Shown in pieces: positions 12,253-25,205 of a stretch of DNA of 64,000 bases (within the stretch, counting starts at the first letter, position 1; each line of letters starts with the position of its first letter). The stretch lies in assembly GCF_004010195.1 (NCBI RefSeq), contig NC_057720.1:7677117-7741116 (forward strand), read 5' to 3'. The notes beneath the pieces were generated by a model, which ran no database searches, was not told the origin of the DNA, and saw only the letters and a list, made by a program, of their open reading frames with translations. The position numbers and the translations under genes were made by a program. Origin of the DNA: Chiloscyllium plagiosum (taxonomy: Eukaryota).

Positions 12253-12745
12253 TGAGAGCAAGAGCAAGAGACAGAGAGAGAGAAAAGCAGTCAACATTAC
12301 AATTAAAAATATGACGTTTGCTCCAAACCTGTCTTTTTCACAAGTCTTCTCTACTAATTAACTGTTTCGTTTCCCCACAGAGGATACCAGACCTGCTCAG
12401 TACTTGAACAGACATGTTTGGAGCAAAAGTCATATTTTTAATTGCCTTTCTCTCTCTCTATCTATTGACGCTGCCTGACCTGAGTACTTGCAGCATTTTC
12501 TGTTTTTCTTTCAGATTTCCTGCATTTTGCCTCTCTGCAGAAATGGACAAAGTCAGAAGTCATGCGATACCAGGTTATAGTCCAACAGGTTTATTTGAAA
12601 TCTCAAGCTTTCGGAGCACTGCTCCTTCATCCTTGATCTCACCTGATGAAGGAGCAGTATTCCAAAAGCTTGTGATTTCAAATAAACCTGTTGGACTATA
12701 ACCTGGTGTCACATGACTTCTGACTTTGTCCACCCCGGTCCAAAA
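11915..12745. repeat. Complex inverted rearrangement of two PLE-derived families around a (GA)n microsatellite
   Basis: 11920-12055 is the inverse of 12270-12402; 12085-12225 is the inverse of 12460-12590; 12544-12630 is the inverse of 12645-12732. Confidence 0.8.
12639..12675 (+). ncRNA. Minimal hammerhead ribozyme motif, family B (GAAA decayed in this arm)
   Basis: TCAC-CTGATGA-A-GGAGCAGTATTCC-AAAA-GC-TT-GTGA; the opposite arm retains GGAGCAGTGCTCC-GAAAGCTT; stem I TCAC/GTGA. Confidence 0.55.
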
Positions 12746-13277
12746 CTGGAAATTCCACAACACGGATAGGAATGGGGCATGATAGTTCCTGATCACAGAG
12801 CAGTTAAATTTGAGTTATTTGCTGTACTGCTTTGTGCTGGAAGAGTAACGATGGAAAGGTTGCAGGGCTTTCTAATTGCCTGGGGTAGTCCTATGGTAAG
12901 AATTTGTAATTAATTAATTTTATTTTTAAAATTATTCTACATTTTGCCAGCTATTCCCAGTACACTAAGTCTTTAGAACAGAAAATTCCAGACTCCTCAT
13001 ATCATCGATTGCTGAGGAGAATGTATTTTGTTAATTCTCCATCCTAATCCTTCCTTCAGCTACTTGACCTTTGTTGGAGAGTATTCTGTGCAAGCTTGAA
13101 CTGGGAGTTTTGATAGATGGTTTAACCCTACGGGAGACAATGTACAAATCTGCATAATGTGCATCAGCCAAAGTATTTTATCTGGAAAGGCTCGTACAAC
13201 CCTGGATAATATATGCAATAAACCACAGAGTCCTGTTTGGGCTCCAATCCCAGGATGACCAATGCAAAGGCCAACAT

Positions 13278-13570
13278 GGGTGCTTCGGTGGCTCAGTGGT
13301 TAGTGATGCTGTCTCACAACACCAGGGACCTGGTTTGATTCCATCCCCCGGCAAGTGTGTGTGTGTGTCCATGTTCTTGTGGGTTTCTTCCCATCTCTTC
13401 CGACAAAGATGTGCATGTTAGGGTGGCTATGTTAAATTGTCCAGGGTGCTCCAGGCTAGGTGGATTAGCCATGGACAATGCAGGTTTATAGGGTGGGATG
13501 CTCTGTGGAAGATCAGTGTGGGCTCAATGGGTCAAATGGCCTGCCCCCACACTTTCATAGGGATTATATG
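13278..13570 (+). mobile_element. HE1-like SINE (diverged)
   Basis: GGTGGCTCAGTGGTTAG...ACCAGGGACCTGGTTTGATTCC head and SINE body. Confidence 0.8.
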
Positions 13571-14134
13571 AAAGCTGCTGAGAGAGGTTACTCAGTAATC
13601 AAGCGGCCATTGCCTATGATACGTGCAGACTACTTGTTAGCCCCAGTGCCACTTTCATAGAATTTAACTAAATGTTCCTGATAGACGGTTACAAAATTAT
13701 GACAGGCGTGAATAGTTCGATTGTCAAGTGGAATTGTCAATTACTAGATTCAATAGATTAAAGGTAAACAGGGTTAAGTTTAAAGGAGATGCAAGTGGCA
13801 AGTCTTTTATTTTACACAGAGGGTAGGAAGTGTCTGGACTGCGCTGCCAGTGGAGGTGGTGGAAGCTGATGCAAGAGCAACATTGAAGATATGTGAGTAG
13901 GCAGTGAATAGAGGGATATGGATAGCACAGAGGCAAAAGGTTTTTAGTGTAGAAAGACATCATGTGTCAACAACATCTTGGTGGGCCGAAGGGCCTGTTT
14001 CTGTTTCTTGTTCCTTGTTCCGCAGATGTCGAACTCAAACCTGGGATTCTCTGAATGCATATTGATCTGTCTCAATCTGAGCTTTTGTCTCTAGCAGGGT
14101 ATTTGAATCGAATGAGGCAATACTTACATAAAAC

Positions 14135-14615
14135 ATAAAAATTCCGGGCGCGGGAAATCTGAAACTAACAAAAACGGAAACTGCTGGGGAAACTTAGCAC
14201 ATCTGGCAGCATTTGGAGAGAAAAACGCTGTTGAGTCTGGTGAAAGTAAAGCAGCTTGAAAAAGGCAGTATTCAGGCTAATGACACGGTGGGGTTGGGGA
14301 GGGGAATGAGTGAGACGGAAACAGAGCCCTGAACCAATGGGTAATTCAGGGAAGAAGAAATACATATGGCAAGGAATCCTCAATTGAATGAAAAAGTGGG
14401 CATGTCTGAAGGCCCCCTTACGTAAGGTGGCATCATCAGACCAGATGTGACAGAGATGGAAAAACTGGGAAAATGGAATGGAGTCCTTACAGCAAGCAGG
14501 GTGTAAGGATGTATAGTCTAGGTAGCAGTGGGAGTCAGTGGGGTTATCATGGATATCAGAGGCAGGTCTATCCCCAGAAATGGAAACTGAGATAGCAAGG
14601 AAGGGAAGGGATGGC
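14135..14615 (-). mobile_element. Penelope-like element remnant (post-RT region plus terminal repeat)
   Basis: PTDSHCYLDYTSLHPACCKDSIPFSQFFHLCHIWSDDAT resembles the PLE RT C-terminal region. Confidence 0.8.
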
Positions 14616-14619
14616 AATA

Positions 14620-15805
14620 CTATATGGACTTCAGTAAGGCGTTCGATAAGGTTCCCAATAGGAGACTGATTAGCAAGGTTAGACCTCATGGAATGCAGGG
14701 AGAACTAGCCATTTGGATATAGAACTGGCTCAAAGGTAGAAGACAGAGGGTGGTGGTGGAGGGTTGTTTTTCAGACTGGAGGTCTGTGACCTGTGGAGTG
14801 CCACAAGGATCGGTGCTAGGTCCTCTACTTTTTGTCATTTACATAAATGATTTGGATGTGAGCATAAGAGGTACGGCTAGTAAGTTTGCAGATGACACCA
14901 AAATTGGAGGAGTAGTGGACAGCGAAGAGGGTTACCTCAGATTACAATAGGATCTGAACCAGATGGGCTAATGGGCCGAGAAGTGGCAGATGGAGTTTAA
15001 TTCAGATAAATGCGAGGTGCCACATTTTGGGAAAGCAAATCTTAGCAGGACTTATACACTTATTGGTAAGGTCCTAGGGAGTGTTGCTGAACAAAGAGAC
15101 CTTGGAGTGCAGGTTCATAGCTCCTTGAAAGTAGAGTCGCAGGTATATAGGATAGTGAAGAAGGCGTTTGGCATGCTTTCTTTTATTGGTCAGAGTATTG
15201 AGTACAGGAGTTGGACGGTCATTTTGTGGACATGACAGGACATTGGTTAGGCCACTGTTGGAATATTGTGTGCAATTCTGGTCTCCTTCCTATCGGAAAG
15301 ATGTTGTGAAACTTGAAAGGGTTCAGAAAAGATTCCAAGGATGTTGCCAGGTTTGGAGAATCTGAGTATTGGGAGAGGCTGAACAGGTGGGGGCTGTTTT
15401 CCCTGGAGCGTCGGAGGCTGAGGGGTGACCTTATAGAGGTTTACAAAATTATGAGGGGCATAGATAGGATAAATAGACAAAGTCTTTTCCCTGGGGTTTG
15501 GGAGTTCAGAACTAGAGGGCATAGGTTTAGGGTCAGAGGGGAAAGATATAAAAGAGACCTAAAGGGCAACCTTTTCATGCAGAGGGTGGTACATGTATGG
15601 AATGAGCTGCCAGAGGATGTGGTGGAGGCTGGTACAATTGCAACATTTAAGAGGCATTTGGATGGGTATACGAATAGGAAGGGTTTGGAGGGATATGGGC
15701 CGGGTGCTGGCAGGTGGGACTAGATTGGGTTGGGATATCTGGTCGGCATGGATGGGTTGGACTGAAGGGTCTGTTTCCATGCTGTACATCTCTGTGACTC
15801 TATAA
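14620..15805 (+). mobile_element. 5'-truncated CR1, same subfamily as 5083-8460
   Basis: GVPQGSVLGPLLFVIYINDLD...KFADDTK; shares the unusual CEVPHF variant; (CTCTATGA)-type tail. Confidence 0.95.
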
Positions 15806-16480
15806 CTTAGGTTAGGTCCTGTATCAGAAGAATAAACGTGGACAATGTGGTACTGAAATATTCTATATTCTGAATTGATTACTATAGCTTCTGATCTATT
15901 CCTGTCATCGACACTTAAATGGAAAGATAGGAAGAGGAGGAGGCCATTTCGACCCTACAGCCTGTTCCATTGTACAATGAGATCATGTTGTGGTCCCACT
16001 GCACATACCTAGTTTTGGCTGATAACCTTTAATACTTTTGCTTAATATTTGTTTTTTAAAATTTAACTAAAAAAACTTATCTCCAGTGTCTAATCCAAAG
16101 TTAATCTATTTAGTTATAAACATTAGCACACCTTTATCAGCATGTCATGCTCCAAGTGGCCCCAGTTAGAATGGAGATTTAAATCTTTATGCCCTCAGGT
16201 CCCATACAGTCAGGAAACCACAAGCATGTTTCGATGTATACTGGCTGTGAGACATAACACAACAGATATGACTCTGACACAGGCTGGGTGACAATCAACA
16301 TGGACAAAGCTTCACGCTTTCTGCTACCTGGACAATATAAAAATGACCCGAGGTTAATGACCTTCCATCTAACCTCTTGGGAGGTGACAGTTTTCATTAC
16401 ACCTCATGAAACTTGAAGTTTATCATCATTAAAAAGGGACAAGTAGTGCAAAACGGTTTTGCTTGCACTGAATTAAGAAC

Positions 16481-16832
16481 AACCAGACTGTGCTCAGGAT
16501 TAGACCGATATCGATAACCCAGACTGTGCTCAGGATTAGACCGATATCGATAACCCAGACTGTGCTCAGGATTAGATCGATATCGATAACCCAGACTGTG
16601 CTCAGGATTAGACCGATATCGATAACCCAGACTGTGCTGAGGATTAAACCGATATCGATAACCCAGACAGTGCTGAGGATTAGACCGATATCGATAACCC
16701 AGACTGTGCAGAGGATTAGACCGATATCAATAAACCAGACTGTGCTCAGGATTAGATCGATATCGATAACCCAGACTGTGCTCAGGATTAGACCGATATC
16801 GATAACCCAGACTGTGCTGAGGATTAGATTGA
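16481..16832. repeat. 36-bp minisatellite, ~9.7 copies
   Basis: Unit AACCCAGACTGTGCTCAGGATTAGACCGATATCGAT repeated with few substitutions. Confidence 0.97.
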
Positions 16833-17137
16833 TGTGAGATTATGAATCAGGCTCAGAAGTGTGATAAATTTTCATATGCCAAAAGCTATATTTAACAATA
16901 TCCATGATGCCGTTTTTCAAGGCATAATAATTTACACATACATTGCACAGGGTCAAGGGGTCTACCAAACATCCCAATCCTATGACAGCACCCTCTCCCA
17001 ACAGAGTTGACCTACCTAGTGTGAGAACTAAGAATGGTAGTTGGCAGGCCCTGTTACATCTCCATGCCAATGATGGTTCAAACAGTTGGCACCCTCCTTT
17101 CATGCTGTATGAACTGGCAGCCCTTTTCCAAGTCTAT

Positions 17138-17183
17138 TTCTTGCATCCTAGTTCTGATGAGTGCAAGACATAAAGCTTCAACT
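17138..17183 (+). ncRNA. Decayed hammerhead motif, family D, with possible loop-II pseudoknot
   Basis: CTTGCA(17140-45)...GTT-CTGATGA-GT-GCAAG-AC-ATAA-AGCT-TC-AAC; stem I GTT/AAC; GAAA mutated to ATAA. Confidence 0.45.
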
Positions 17184-18349
17184 TCTAACATCTTTTAGCA
17201 ATGTTTAAGTCCTACACAACCAAGAAATCATTAGAAATTTGCCTCAGTATTCTTTTTTTTTAAATTAAAGTCCCACACAATTTCTTACCAATGGTTGAAG
17301 CAAAGTCACTCACTTATCTCTTGTGAGCAATTTACAGCTTTAAAAATTTCCATTGAGCCCTAATGCCCCTCAGTACAGTTAGCGATAAATACTGAATTCT
17401 AACAGTTTTTGAAGGAAAGGTATGTGGTGCTTCAAGTAGTATTTTGGAGTGCTGTTGTGATTAATGGTACCATTATTTGATTTTAATTGCCCTACAAATA
17501 ACACAAAGAACATCTTTCAGAGAATTATGAGAGCCTCCATTTTGTATTGCGTGGGAGAAGGTTTCCTTGGTTTCACAAAACATCTGTTTTGAGGCATTTT
17601 TAGTCTCTGATATAAAGCTAAACAGCATTGCAACTAGATGAAAAGTCGCAGGCTGTGCATCTGTGATTAACTAAGGTGGACTCTCTGTAAACAAAGCAAT
17701 TGCGCCTAACAATGCAAGGAAATTACAATATAGGAGAAGGGGATACATTTTTGGTACCTACCTGTCTACTGAACCTGCCGGCCATTTGCTGGTACAAAGT
17801 TTGAATATCAATGAAGAAAGATACATTTTTTGGCAAATACAAAGGGGAACAAAATGTTATGCTGTATGAGAAGACTTGTACCGATTTTGTGGCAAGTAGA
17901 CTATTCGGTTGAAGCATCACTACAGAAAATGCAGCAGTTCATTGACAACTGACAGTTAACTATTGCTTTTTGTCGAAATTTAAACCAGGCAGGTTGACTC
18001 TGATTGGTCAAGGCATTGCCCTGAATTCTACTGAGTTTATTAATTTGACACAGGCTTAAAATTGTGTACAAAGAACAGAATATTAATACAAGCAGTTTAG
18101 AATACGCTTGAGTCTAGCTGATAACCTTCAATTGGTTGCCAGAGTAATTTTTGGCACACAGGATTATTTAACAAATGCTATGCAATCAATTCACATCTAA
18201 TGTCGGACATTGCGTTTTGAGATTCACAAGCGTGGGCTAGTTAGGAATAGTCAGTAATTTGCTTGTTGGGAACAGCCAAAGGAGCATGCTGTTTGAGAAG
18301 ATCTCACACTGTTTGCAATTTCCTGCTTCAAATTCCACTTCCCTATCAT

Positions 18350-18655
18350 GGGGCGTACAATAGTTCAGCGGTTAGTACTGTTACCTCACAGTGCTGGTCA
18401 CCCAGGTTCAATTCCACCCTCAGGTGACTGGTTGGAGTTTACATGTTCTCCCCCATGTCTGTGTGCGTTGCTTCTCTCAATCCAAAGATGTGTAGGTTAA
18501 GTGGATTGGCCATGCTAAATTGCCGATGATGCGCAGGTGATGTGGGAAATTCAAGATTACAGTGTTAGGATAGGGGCTTGGGTCTGGCTGGGATGGTCTT
18601 CAGAGGTTCAGTATGGGCTGAATGGCCTGCTTTCACACTGTAGGGATTCTATGAT
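18350..18655 (+). mobile_element. HE1-like SINE
   Basis: B-box CCAGGTTCAATTCC, GGATTGGCCATGCTAAATTGCC core. Confidence 0.85.
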
Positions 18656-19144
18656 TAATCACTTCTATCAAGTAAATTTTTACATTTATTTGAATTTAAA
18701 AACAATGAAGATCTGCCTAAGGTAAAGCATTTGATGTTATTCTGCCGTTTAGAGAAGCAACTTAGAGATGATGGGCCAAATGGCCTCCTTCCGTGCTGTA
18801 ACCATGATTCTAAGTTTCATTAACCTTTCATCTTCCTTGTAACTCTTAGTCACTGCCCTTCCCCATGCTAGTAATTGACCAAACAACGGCACCAATATTT
18901 TGATAGCAACACTTTCAAAATCATTTCTTCTTGTGGAGTATCATCAGATTTTCCTCTTGTTGACCTCCACACTAATTTCAAACTCCTCCTCTATTTTACC
19001 AAGCCCTTATTAATAGCAATGTAAGATCCAACATTTTGTCCGACAGCCAACATGTAAGGATTTTAATATGGTGACATGAATAATTAATGTAAAGAGAAAA
19101 GACAAATCTTACAATTTTCCCAGCTCCTCGTCTGCTTTAAAAGG

Positions 19145-19352
19145 CTGGATGGCTGGTTTGTAATGTAAAGTGATGTCAATAGTTTGAGTTCAATTCCCGC
19201 ACTGCCTGAGGTTACTATAAAGGATTCTCCTTCTCAATGCTCACCCCTCACCTGAGGCATGGGGACCCTCAGGTTAAATTCACCACCAGTCATCTCTCTC
19301 TAAGGAGGGTATGGGATTAAGGTCCTCTGGTAACCTAGCAACATTACATTAC
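19145..19352 (+). mobile_element. Third SINE-like family (second copy ~51475-51680)
   Basis: Both copies share CAATTCCC.CACTG..TGAGGTTAC.A.AAAGGA.TCTC.TTCTCAA...CTCACCTGAGG...GACCCTCA.GTTAAA; B-box-like GAGTTCAATTCC. Confidence 0.6.
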
Positions 19353-19399
19353 AATATAAAAAGCCCTTTAAATTTGTCTTTGAGGCAGGGAACTACATG

Positions 19400-19900
19400 T
19401 TCAAGCTTTGTGGATCGTTAGCTGTCTTCCTGTTTGTCCTTCCTGTTTGGACAAACAGGAAGACAGCTAAAGATCCGCATCCATGAACACCAACTAGCCA
19501 CGAAACGACACGACCAGCTATCCTTAGTAGACACACACTCAGATGACAAGCAACATGAGTTCGACTGGGACAACACTACTATTATAGGACAAGTCAAACA
19601 GAGAACAGCCAGGGAATTCCTAGAGGCATGGCACTCATCCACAGATTCAATCAATAAGCACATCGACCTGGACCCAATATACCGGCCACTGCAGCGGACA
19701 GCTGGAACTGACAACTGGAAGCGGCAGATTCAAACCACTATAAATGCCGGAGGAAAGATCACAGAAGCGCTTCACAGGAGGCTCCCAAGCACTGAGGATG
19801 TCACCTAGGCAGGGGACGAAACATCTGCAACACAAATTCCCACCTTGGCGAACAGAACCACAACAACGAGCACCCGAGCTACAAATCTTCTCCCAAACTT
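19400..19900 (+). mobile_element. Penelope-like element 3' end: GIY-YIG endonuclease fragment, 3' repeat and short inverted 5' stub
   Basis: ORF 19434-19808 GQTGRQLKIRIHEH...HEFDWDNTTII...REFLEAWHS...SINKHIDLDPIY matches the PLE GIY-YIG C-half; 19410-19440 is inverted relative to 19450-19480. Confidence 0.93.
19789..19828 (+). ncRNA. Minimal hammerhead ribozyme motif, family C
   Basis: GCA-CTGAGGA-T-GTCACCT-AGGC-AGGGGAC-GAAA-CA-TC-TGC; stem I GCA/TGC. Confidence 0.65.
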
Positions 19901-20419
19901 TGAGCTCCTTAAATATTGGAAGATGACCTGCCTTTTCCAATCCCTCAGGCAGCACCCTCTGGGTTAAAACATTTTTTTCTCAGATCTCTGTCGAAATATT
20001 TACTCATCTTAAACTTATGCCCTCTGGTCAAAGACATGTCTGCCTTAGGGAAGAGATTTTCACAATCTACTCAGCCTGTGCATTTCAATTTCGTTCAATC
20101 AGATGCCCTCTCAGTCTTCCCGTTCCAAGAAAAACAAACCCAGTCTATCCAGCCTCTCCTCATGGTGAAGTGCAGAGTCTGCTGGGTACCCTAACTCACC
20201 TTCCGTGCCACAGGGTCCACGCTGGACACATCCCCTTGCCAATGCCATCACTATGACCTCACTCTTCAACAAAAGGGAAAATAAGTAAAGTGAAACAGAG
20301 AGAAAATAAAAGAATAAACCCGAGAAAACAGAGAGAACAAAAGAAATGAAAAGAAAAGCAAATGAAGAGGACATGCCCCAGGCTCAGACACCTTGCTCCA
20401 CTGTTACCTTACCAGGAGC

Positions 20420-21520
20420 ACGGGGGTGACCCCTGGTTTTTGAACTGTCTGCCAAGGGAAACAGGTTCCTCCTGTTGACTCTCTCTCGACCCCTCACAAT
20501 GTTGAACACCTCAGTCATGTCGCTCCCCCTCAGCCTTCTCTGCTCCAAGGAAACCAACCCCAACTTCTCCACTCTCTCCTCATTGCCACAATTCTCCAGT
20601 CCTGGCAACATTCTGGTAAATCATCTCTGCACTCTCTCCAGAACATGTACATCCTTCCTGGAATGTGGTGACCAGAACTGCACACAGTTGTGGCCTCATC
20701 AGTCCCTTACACACGTTCATCATCCTATCCCTACTTCTGTATTCTATACCTCTGCCAATGAAGGACAGCACTTCATCTGCCCTCTTTGCAACCTTAGCTA
20801 CTTGCAATGCGACCTTTAGAGACCTGTGCACTTGCACGCCAAGATCTCTCACTTCATCTCCCCCACACAGCATATTCCTGTTTATTGTGCATTCCTGGGT
20901 GGCACAGTGGTTAGCACTGCTGACTCACAGCGCCAAAGACCTGGGTTCAATTCCCACCTCAAGCAACTGTCTGTGTGGAGTTTGCACATTCGCCCCGTGT
21001 CTGCGTGGGTTTGCTCCGGTTTCCTCCCACAGTCCAAAAATATGCAGGTTAGGTGAATTGGCCATGCTAAATTGCCCACAGTGTTAGGTATGAGGGAATG
21101 GGTCTGGGTGGGTTGCTCTTCGGAGGGTCAGTGTGGACTTGTTGGGCCGAAGGGCCTGCTTCCACACTAAAGTAATCTAATCTTATCTGTTTACTATTTA
21201 ACCTCCCGAAATGCGTTACCTCCTGCTTATCAAAGTTGCACTCCATCTGCTTTTCCTGCCCACTCCACCAAAAAATCTGGATCATTTTGGAGCTTAAAGC
21301 TAACCTCTACGACACAGCCAATTTCTGTGACATCCGCAAATTTCCCAACTGTGTCCCCAACACCCCAATATTCAAGTCCAAACCGTGAACAAACAGCAGG
21401 AGGCGCAACGCCGAGCCCTGCAGAACACCACTTGGGACAGTGTTCCACGCACAAGGGTAGCCATTGACTGTTACCCTTTGATTCCTGTCATTAAGCCAAC
21501 TTTGGATCCAATTTGACACC
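20420..21520 (-). mobile_element. Diverged CR1 RT/C-terminal fragment split by a SINE
   Basis: WIQSWLNDRNQRVTVNG, KFADVTEIG, RDLGVQVHRSLKV, LGLVSLEQRRLRG. Confidence 0.9.
20897..21185 (+). mobile_element. HE1-like SINE
   Basis: GGTGGCACAGTGGTTAGCACTG head to TAATCTAATC tail. Confidence 0.93.
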
Positions 21521-21662
21521 TGCACACATTCTTCTCTTGATGGTTGCTTTATTTACAGAATGCAGCAAAACATACACCTGCTACTTGCTCACTACCTAAC
21601 CACGGCTCGTTTTTCACTCCCAAACATGAGTGGCTCAAGGTAAGACATATTATGTCTCCATG

Positions 21663-21792
21663 GCGAAAGAAAGGACTGCGGATGCTGGAGATCAGAGTCG
21701 AGAGTGTGGCGCTGAAAAAGCACAGCTGGTTAGGCAGCACCTGAGGAGCAGGAAAATCGACGTTTCGGGCAGAAGTCCTTCATCAGGAAAAC
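21663..21792. mobile_element. PLE-derived family A element
   Basis: Single arm; near-TSD ATGTCTCCATG (21652-21662) and ATGCCTCCATG (21793-21803). Confidence 0.85.
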
Positions 21793-22159
21793 ATGCCTCC
21801 ATGTTCATGCTGGGAAAAAAAAAAGCACCTTGAGTTTTGCAGTTTCTGCTGCACTGTATGTGGATGCAGAATGGAGTCTCAATCGCAAATCTGAGGCAGG
21901 CACAGGGGATGCCTCCTGGTACAACAGGCAGTTTAACAGGTGCTCCTGGGTTTTTGAGAATTTAATCCCAGATGTATTAAGCCCATTAGTCCTCACCTCT
22001 CACACCACCCAAGTGCCCCCAACAATGTCTGTACAACCCAAAGCATTTCACATTCTCACACCCAAAGGCCTCCCATTTCCCTCAATGTCAAACCCTGTCC
22101 CCACCCTTCCTTCCCCCAGAACCCACATAGCCCATAAGCCAACTTGGCACCATCTTTTT

Positions 22160-22900
22160 TTTAATTCACTCATGGGTGTAGCTGTCTCTGGCTGGGCCAG
22201 CATTTAGTGCTCACCTCTAATTGCCCAGAGGGCGGTTAAGAGTCAACAGCATTGCTGTGGGCCTGGAGTCACATGTAGGCCAGGGCAGATGAGGATGGCA
22301 ATTGCCTTCACTGAAGGACATTAGTGAACCAGCTGGGTTTTTCCAACAATAGTTTCATGGTCATCAATAGATCCTTAATTCCAGATTTTTTGGTGAATTC
22401 AAAGTCCACCATCTGCCCGGGCAGGATTTGAACCCAGATTCCCAGAACATTCAGTGGGTTTCTGGAATAATAGTCTAGCAATACCACCACTAGGCCATTG
22501 CCACTCCAATAATCTAGGCCAATTTATCACACATCACATGACATGGGCATATGACAGGTATTTGAGTACAAAATGTGCATCTTTTTCATTTCATCCTGTG
22601 ATGGACACATCACTGTCTAGGCCAGCATTTATTTCCCATTCCTAATTGCCCCACTGGCAGTTTGGAGTCAACTACATTTCTGTGTGTCTTGAGTCACATG
22701 TAGGCCAGACCAGGCAAAAACATGTTTCCTTCTCTAAAGGACATTAGTGAAGTGGATGGTAATGGATTCAAAGTCATTCAAGGACTCTTAGTTCCAGATT
22801 TCTATTGAATTCAAATTTCACCATCTGCCATGGTGGGATTCAAACCTGGGACCTGGATCCCTGGACTAATAGCCTCGTGACAATACCAGTAGGTCATGTC
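22160..22900 (-). mobile_element. Two tandem copies of a second tRNA-derived SINE family (22160-22505, 22585-22900)
   Basis: Shared CAGCATTTA..TAATTGCCC..GAGTCACATGTAGGCCAG..AAGGACATTAGTGAA; other copies ~27185, 30440, 36510, 36772, 37840, 41735, 42490, 49170, 59560. Confidence 0.8.
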
Positions 22901-23411
22901 CCCATCTACATCATCTTGTGGCTTGGACAATGTATAGATGGAGTATCGTGCCACCTGAAAATCAGACACGAAACTGACTCCACATTCTATGGTTTTCCAG
23001 TTTCTAGGCCTCCTCCTCATGGCCAAACAGCTATTCCCTCGTGAACAACATTTCATTAAATCCAGTGACTCGCTTTAGCTCCATCTATATTTGAAACGGT
23101 GAACCATTTTTCTCCTTTTCTCCAATTTTGCCAACTGCAAAAAAAATAGAAATTTGCCTACACACCAGTTGGAGAATGTTCTAAACTGCTTCATAAGCAA
23201 TGGCCTAGTTTTGAAGAGCCATCATTTTCTCTACGTAATGTAATCGCAACCAGGTTTCCATTTACTGAAGGATAATAGTTGCCCAAGTCACCGAGCAGAT
23301 CTCCAAGGCTCTCCTTCAGAATAGTGCATTGGGATTCTTAAGCATCCACATGACCAGGTAGGCAGGAGTTCAGTTTAACTTGTCAATGAAAAGGTAGCAT
23401 CGACAACAATG

Positions 23412-23737
23412 GGGGTGACCCGGTGGCTCAGTGGTTAGCACTGTTGCCTCACAGCACCAGGGACCCTGTTTTGAGTCCAGCCTCGGGCTACTGTCTGTGT
23501 GACGTCTGTACATTCTCCCTGTGTTTGTGCAGGTTTCCTCCCACAATCTAAAGATGTGCAGGTTAGGTGAATTGGCCATGCTAAATTGCTCATAGTGGTT
23601 CAGGGATGTGTAGGTTAGGTGCACTAGTCAGGTGTAAAGGTAGAGTAATGGGGAACAGGTTTGGGTGGAATATGCTTCAGAAGGTCAGTATGGACTTGTT
23701 GGGCTGAAGGGCCTGTTATCACACTGTCGGATTCTAA
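23412..23737 (+). mobile_element. HE1-like SINE
   Basis: Complete head, body and tail. Confidence 0.9.
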
Positions 23738-24889
23738 TGCTGCAGACCATCAGTATTGCGCAGGATGGTCGGTCAGAGATTGTGCCCTTAACACTCTGGA
23801 GCAGGCCTCGATAACATTCACAGTTACAGAAGGGTGCTGTCAAGTTATGATTAACATTTTATCTCAGTGGAGCTGGTAGGCAATCACAAATAGATGCTCA
23901 GTACTACCACTGTTTAGTCAAAAAAAAAATCATGCATTCATGCTCAGGGCAAACAGTAAACTTTTTGCAAAACAGCAAAGCAAACAAAGTTCTTTCACTC
24001 AGTGTCTAACAGATTGATGAGCTCAAGTGCAAAAACTACAAAATGTTCTGCAAGTGTGAAGCTTGAGATCTTTAGCAGCTCAGTTGTACAATTCACAACC
24101 AACAAGCATATTTATTCATAGAGAAAAGGAAAGAAAATTCTTTCAGGTTCAATATTCGATCTTCCATTTTCTTTTTGGAGATTTGATTTGATCATTGCAC
24201 CACAAATGCAATCTGATTTCCCCCTAGCCCTAACCTCTGCACTGAAAGGATGAGGCTTGTCTCGGACAGACACAACTCTAACTTTGGCCAGCCCTCTGCA
24301 GAAGATCCACAGAAATCATAGGAAATAGGAACAAGGGTAGGCCATTTGGCCCTTCCATATGATCATGGCAGATCATCCAACTCCGTACCCTGTTACTGCT
24401 TTCTTCCCATACTCTTTGATTCCTTTGAAGTATATCTGACTACCTCTTGAAAATATTCAATGTTTTGACCTCAAGCATATTCTGTGGCAGAGAATTCTAC
24501 AAGCTTACCATTCCCTGGGTGAAAACATTTCTCTTCAGATAGTCCAAAATGGCCATTCTCTTTTTTTAAACTGTGCATCCCTGTTTCTGGAGCTACATTC
24601 TTACAAGCTGGCATTGTTACTAGCAAGGCTGGCATTTGTCACCTGTCCTTAATTGCCCTTGAAAAGGTGGCAGACCCTCTTGTACAGTAGCAGTCCATCT
24701 GGTGAAGGTACACTCAGAGCTCTGACAGGGAGAGAGTTTGACCCAGCAACAGTGAAGGAACGGTGATATACACCAACATCAGCTTGGCAAACAGCTTGGA
24801 GATGGGATAAAGATAATGGCACTTCCCTGTGCTGATGTCTTGGTCCTTCTCAGTGATGGATTTGCAGGTAAGATATTTCACAATTGATC

Positions 24890-25205
24890 TCAGCACGGTG
24901 GCTCAGCGGTTAGCACTGCTGCCTCACAGCACCAGGATCCCAGGTTCAAATACAGTCTCGGGCGACTGCTTGTGTGGAGTTTGCACATTCTCCCTGTGTC
25001 TGTGCGAGTTTCCTCCGGGTGCTCCAGTTTCCTCCCACAGTCCAAAGATGTGCAGGTCAGGTGAATTGGCCATGCTAAATTGCCCATAGTGCTAGGTGCA
25101 TTAGTCAGAGGGAAATGGGTCTGAGTGGGTTAGTCTTCAGAGGTTCGGTATAGACTGGTTGGGCCGAAGGGCCTATTTCCACACTGTAGGGAATCCAATC
25201 TAATC
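24890..25205 (+). mobile_element. HE1-like SINE
   Basis: Complete head, body and tail. Confidence 0.92.

Noticed and set aside
16490..16837. 115-aa repetitive ORF or CRISPR-like array
   Set aside because: Pure 36-bp tandem repeat with no spacers, no ATG start and no splice evidence; eukaryotic context
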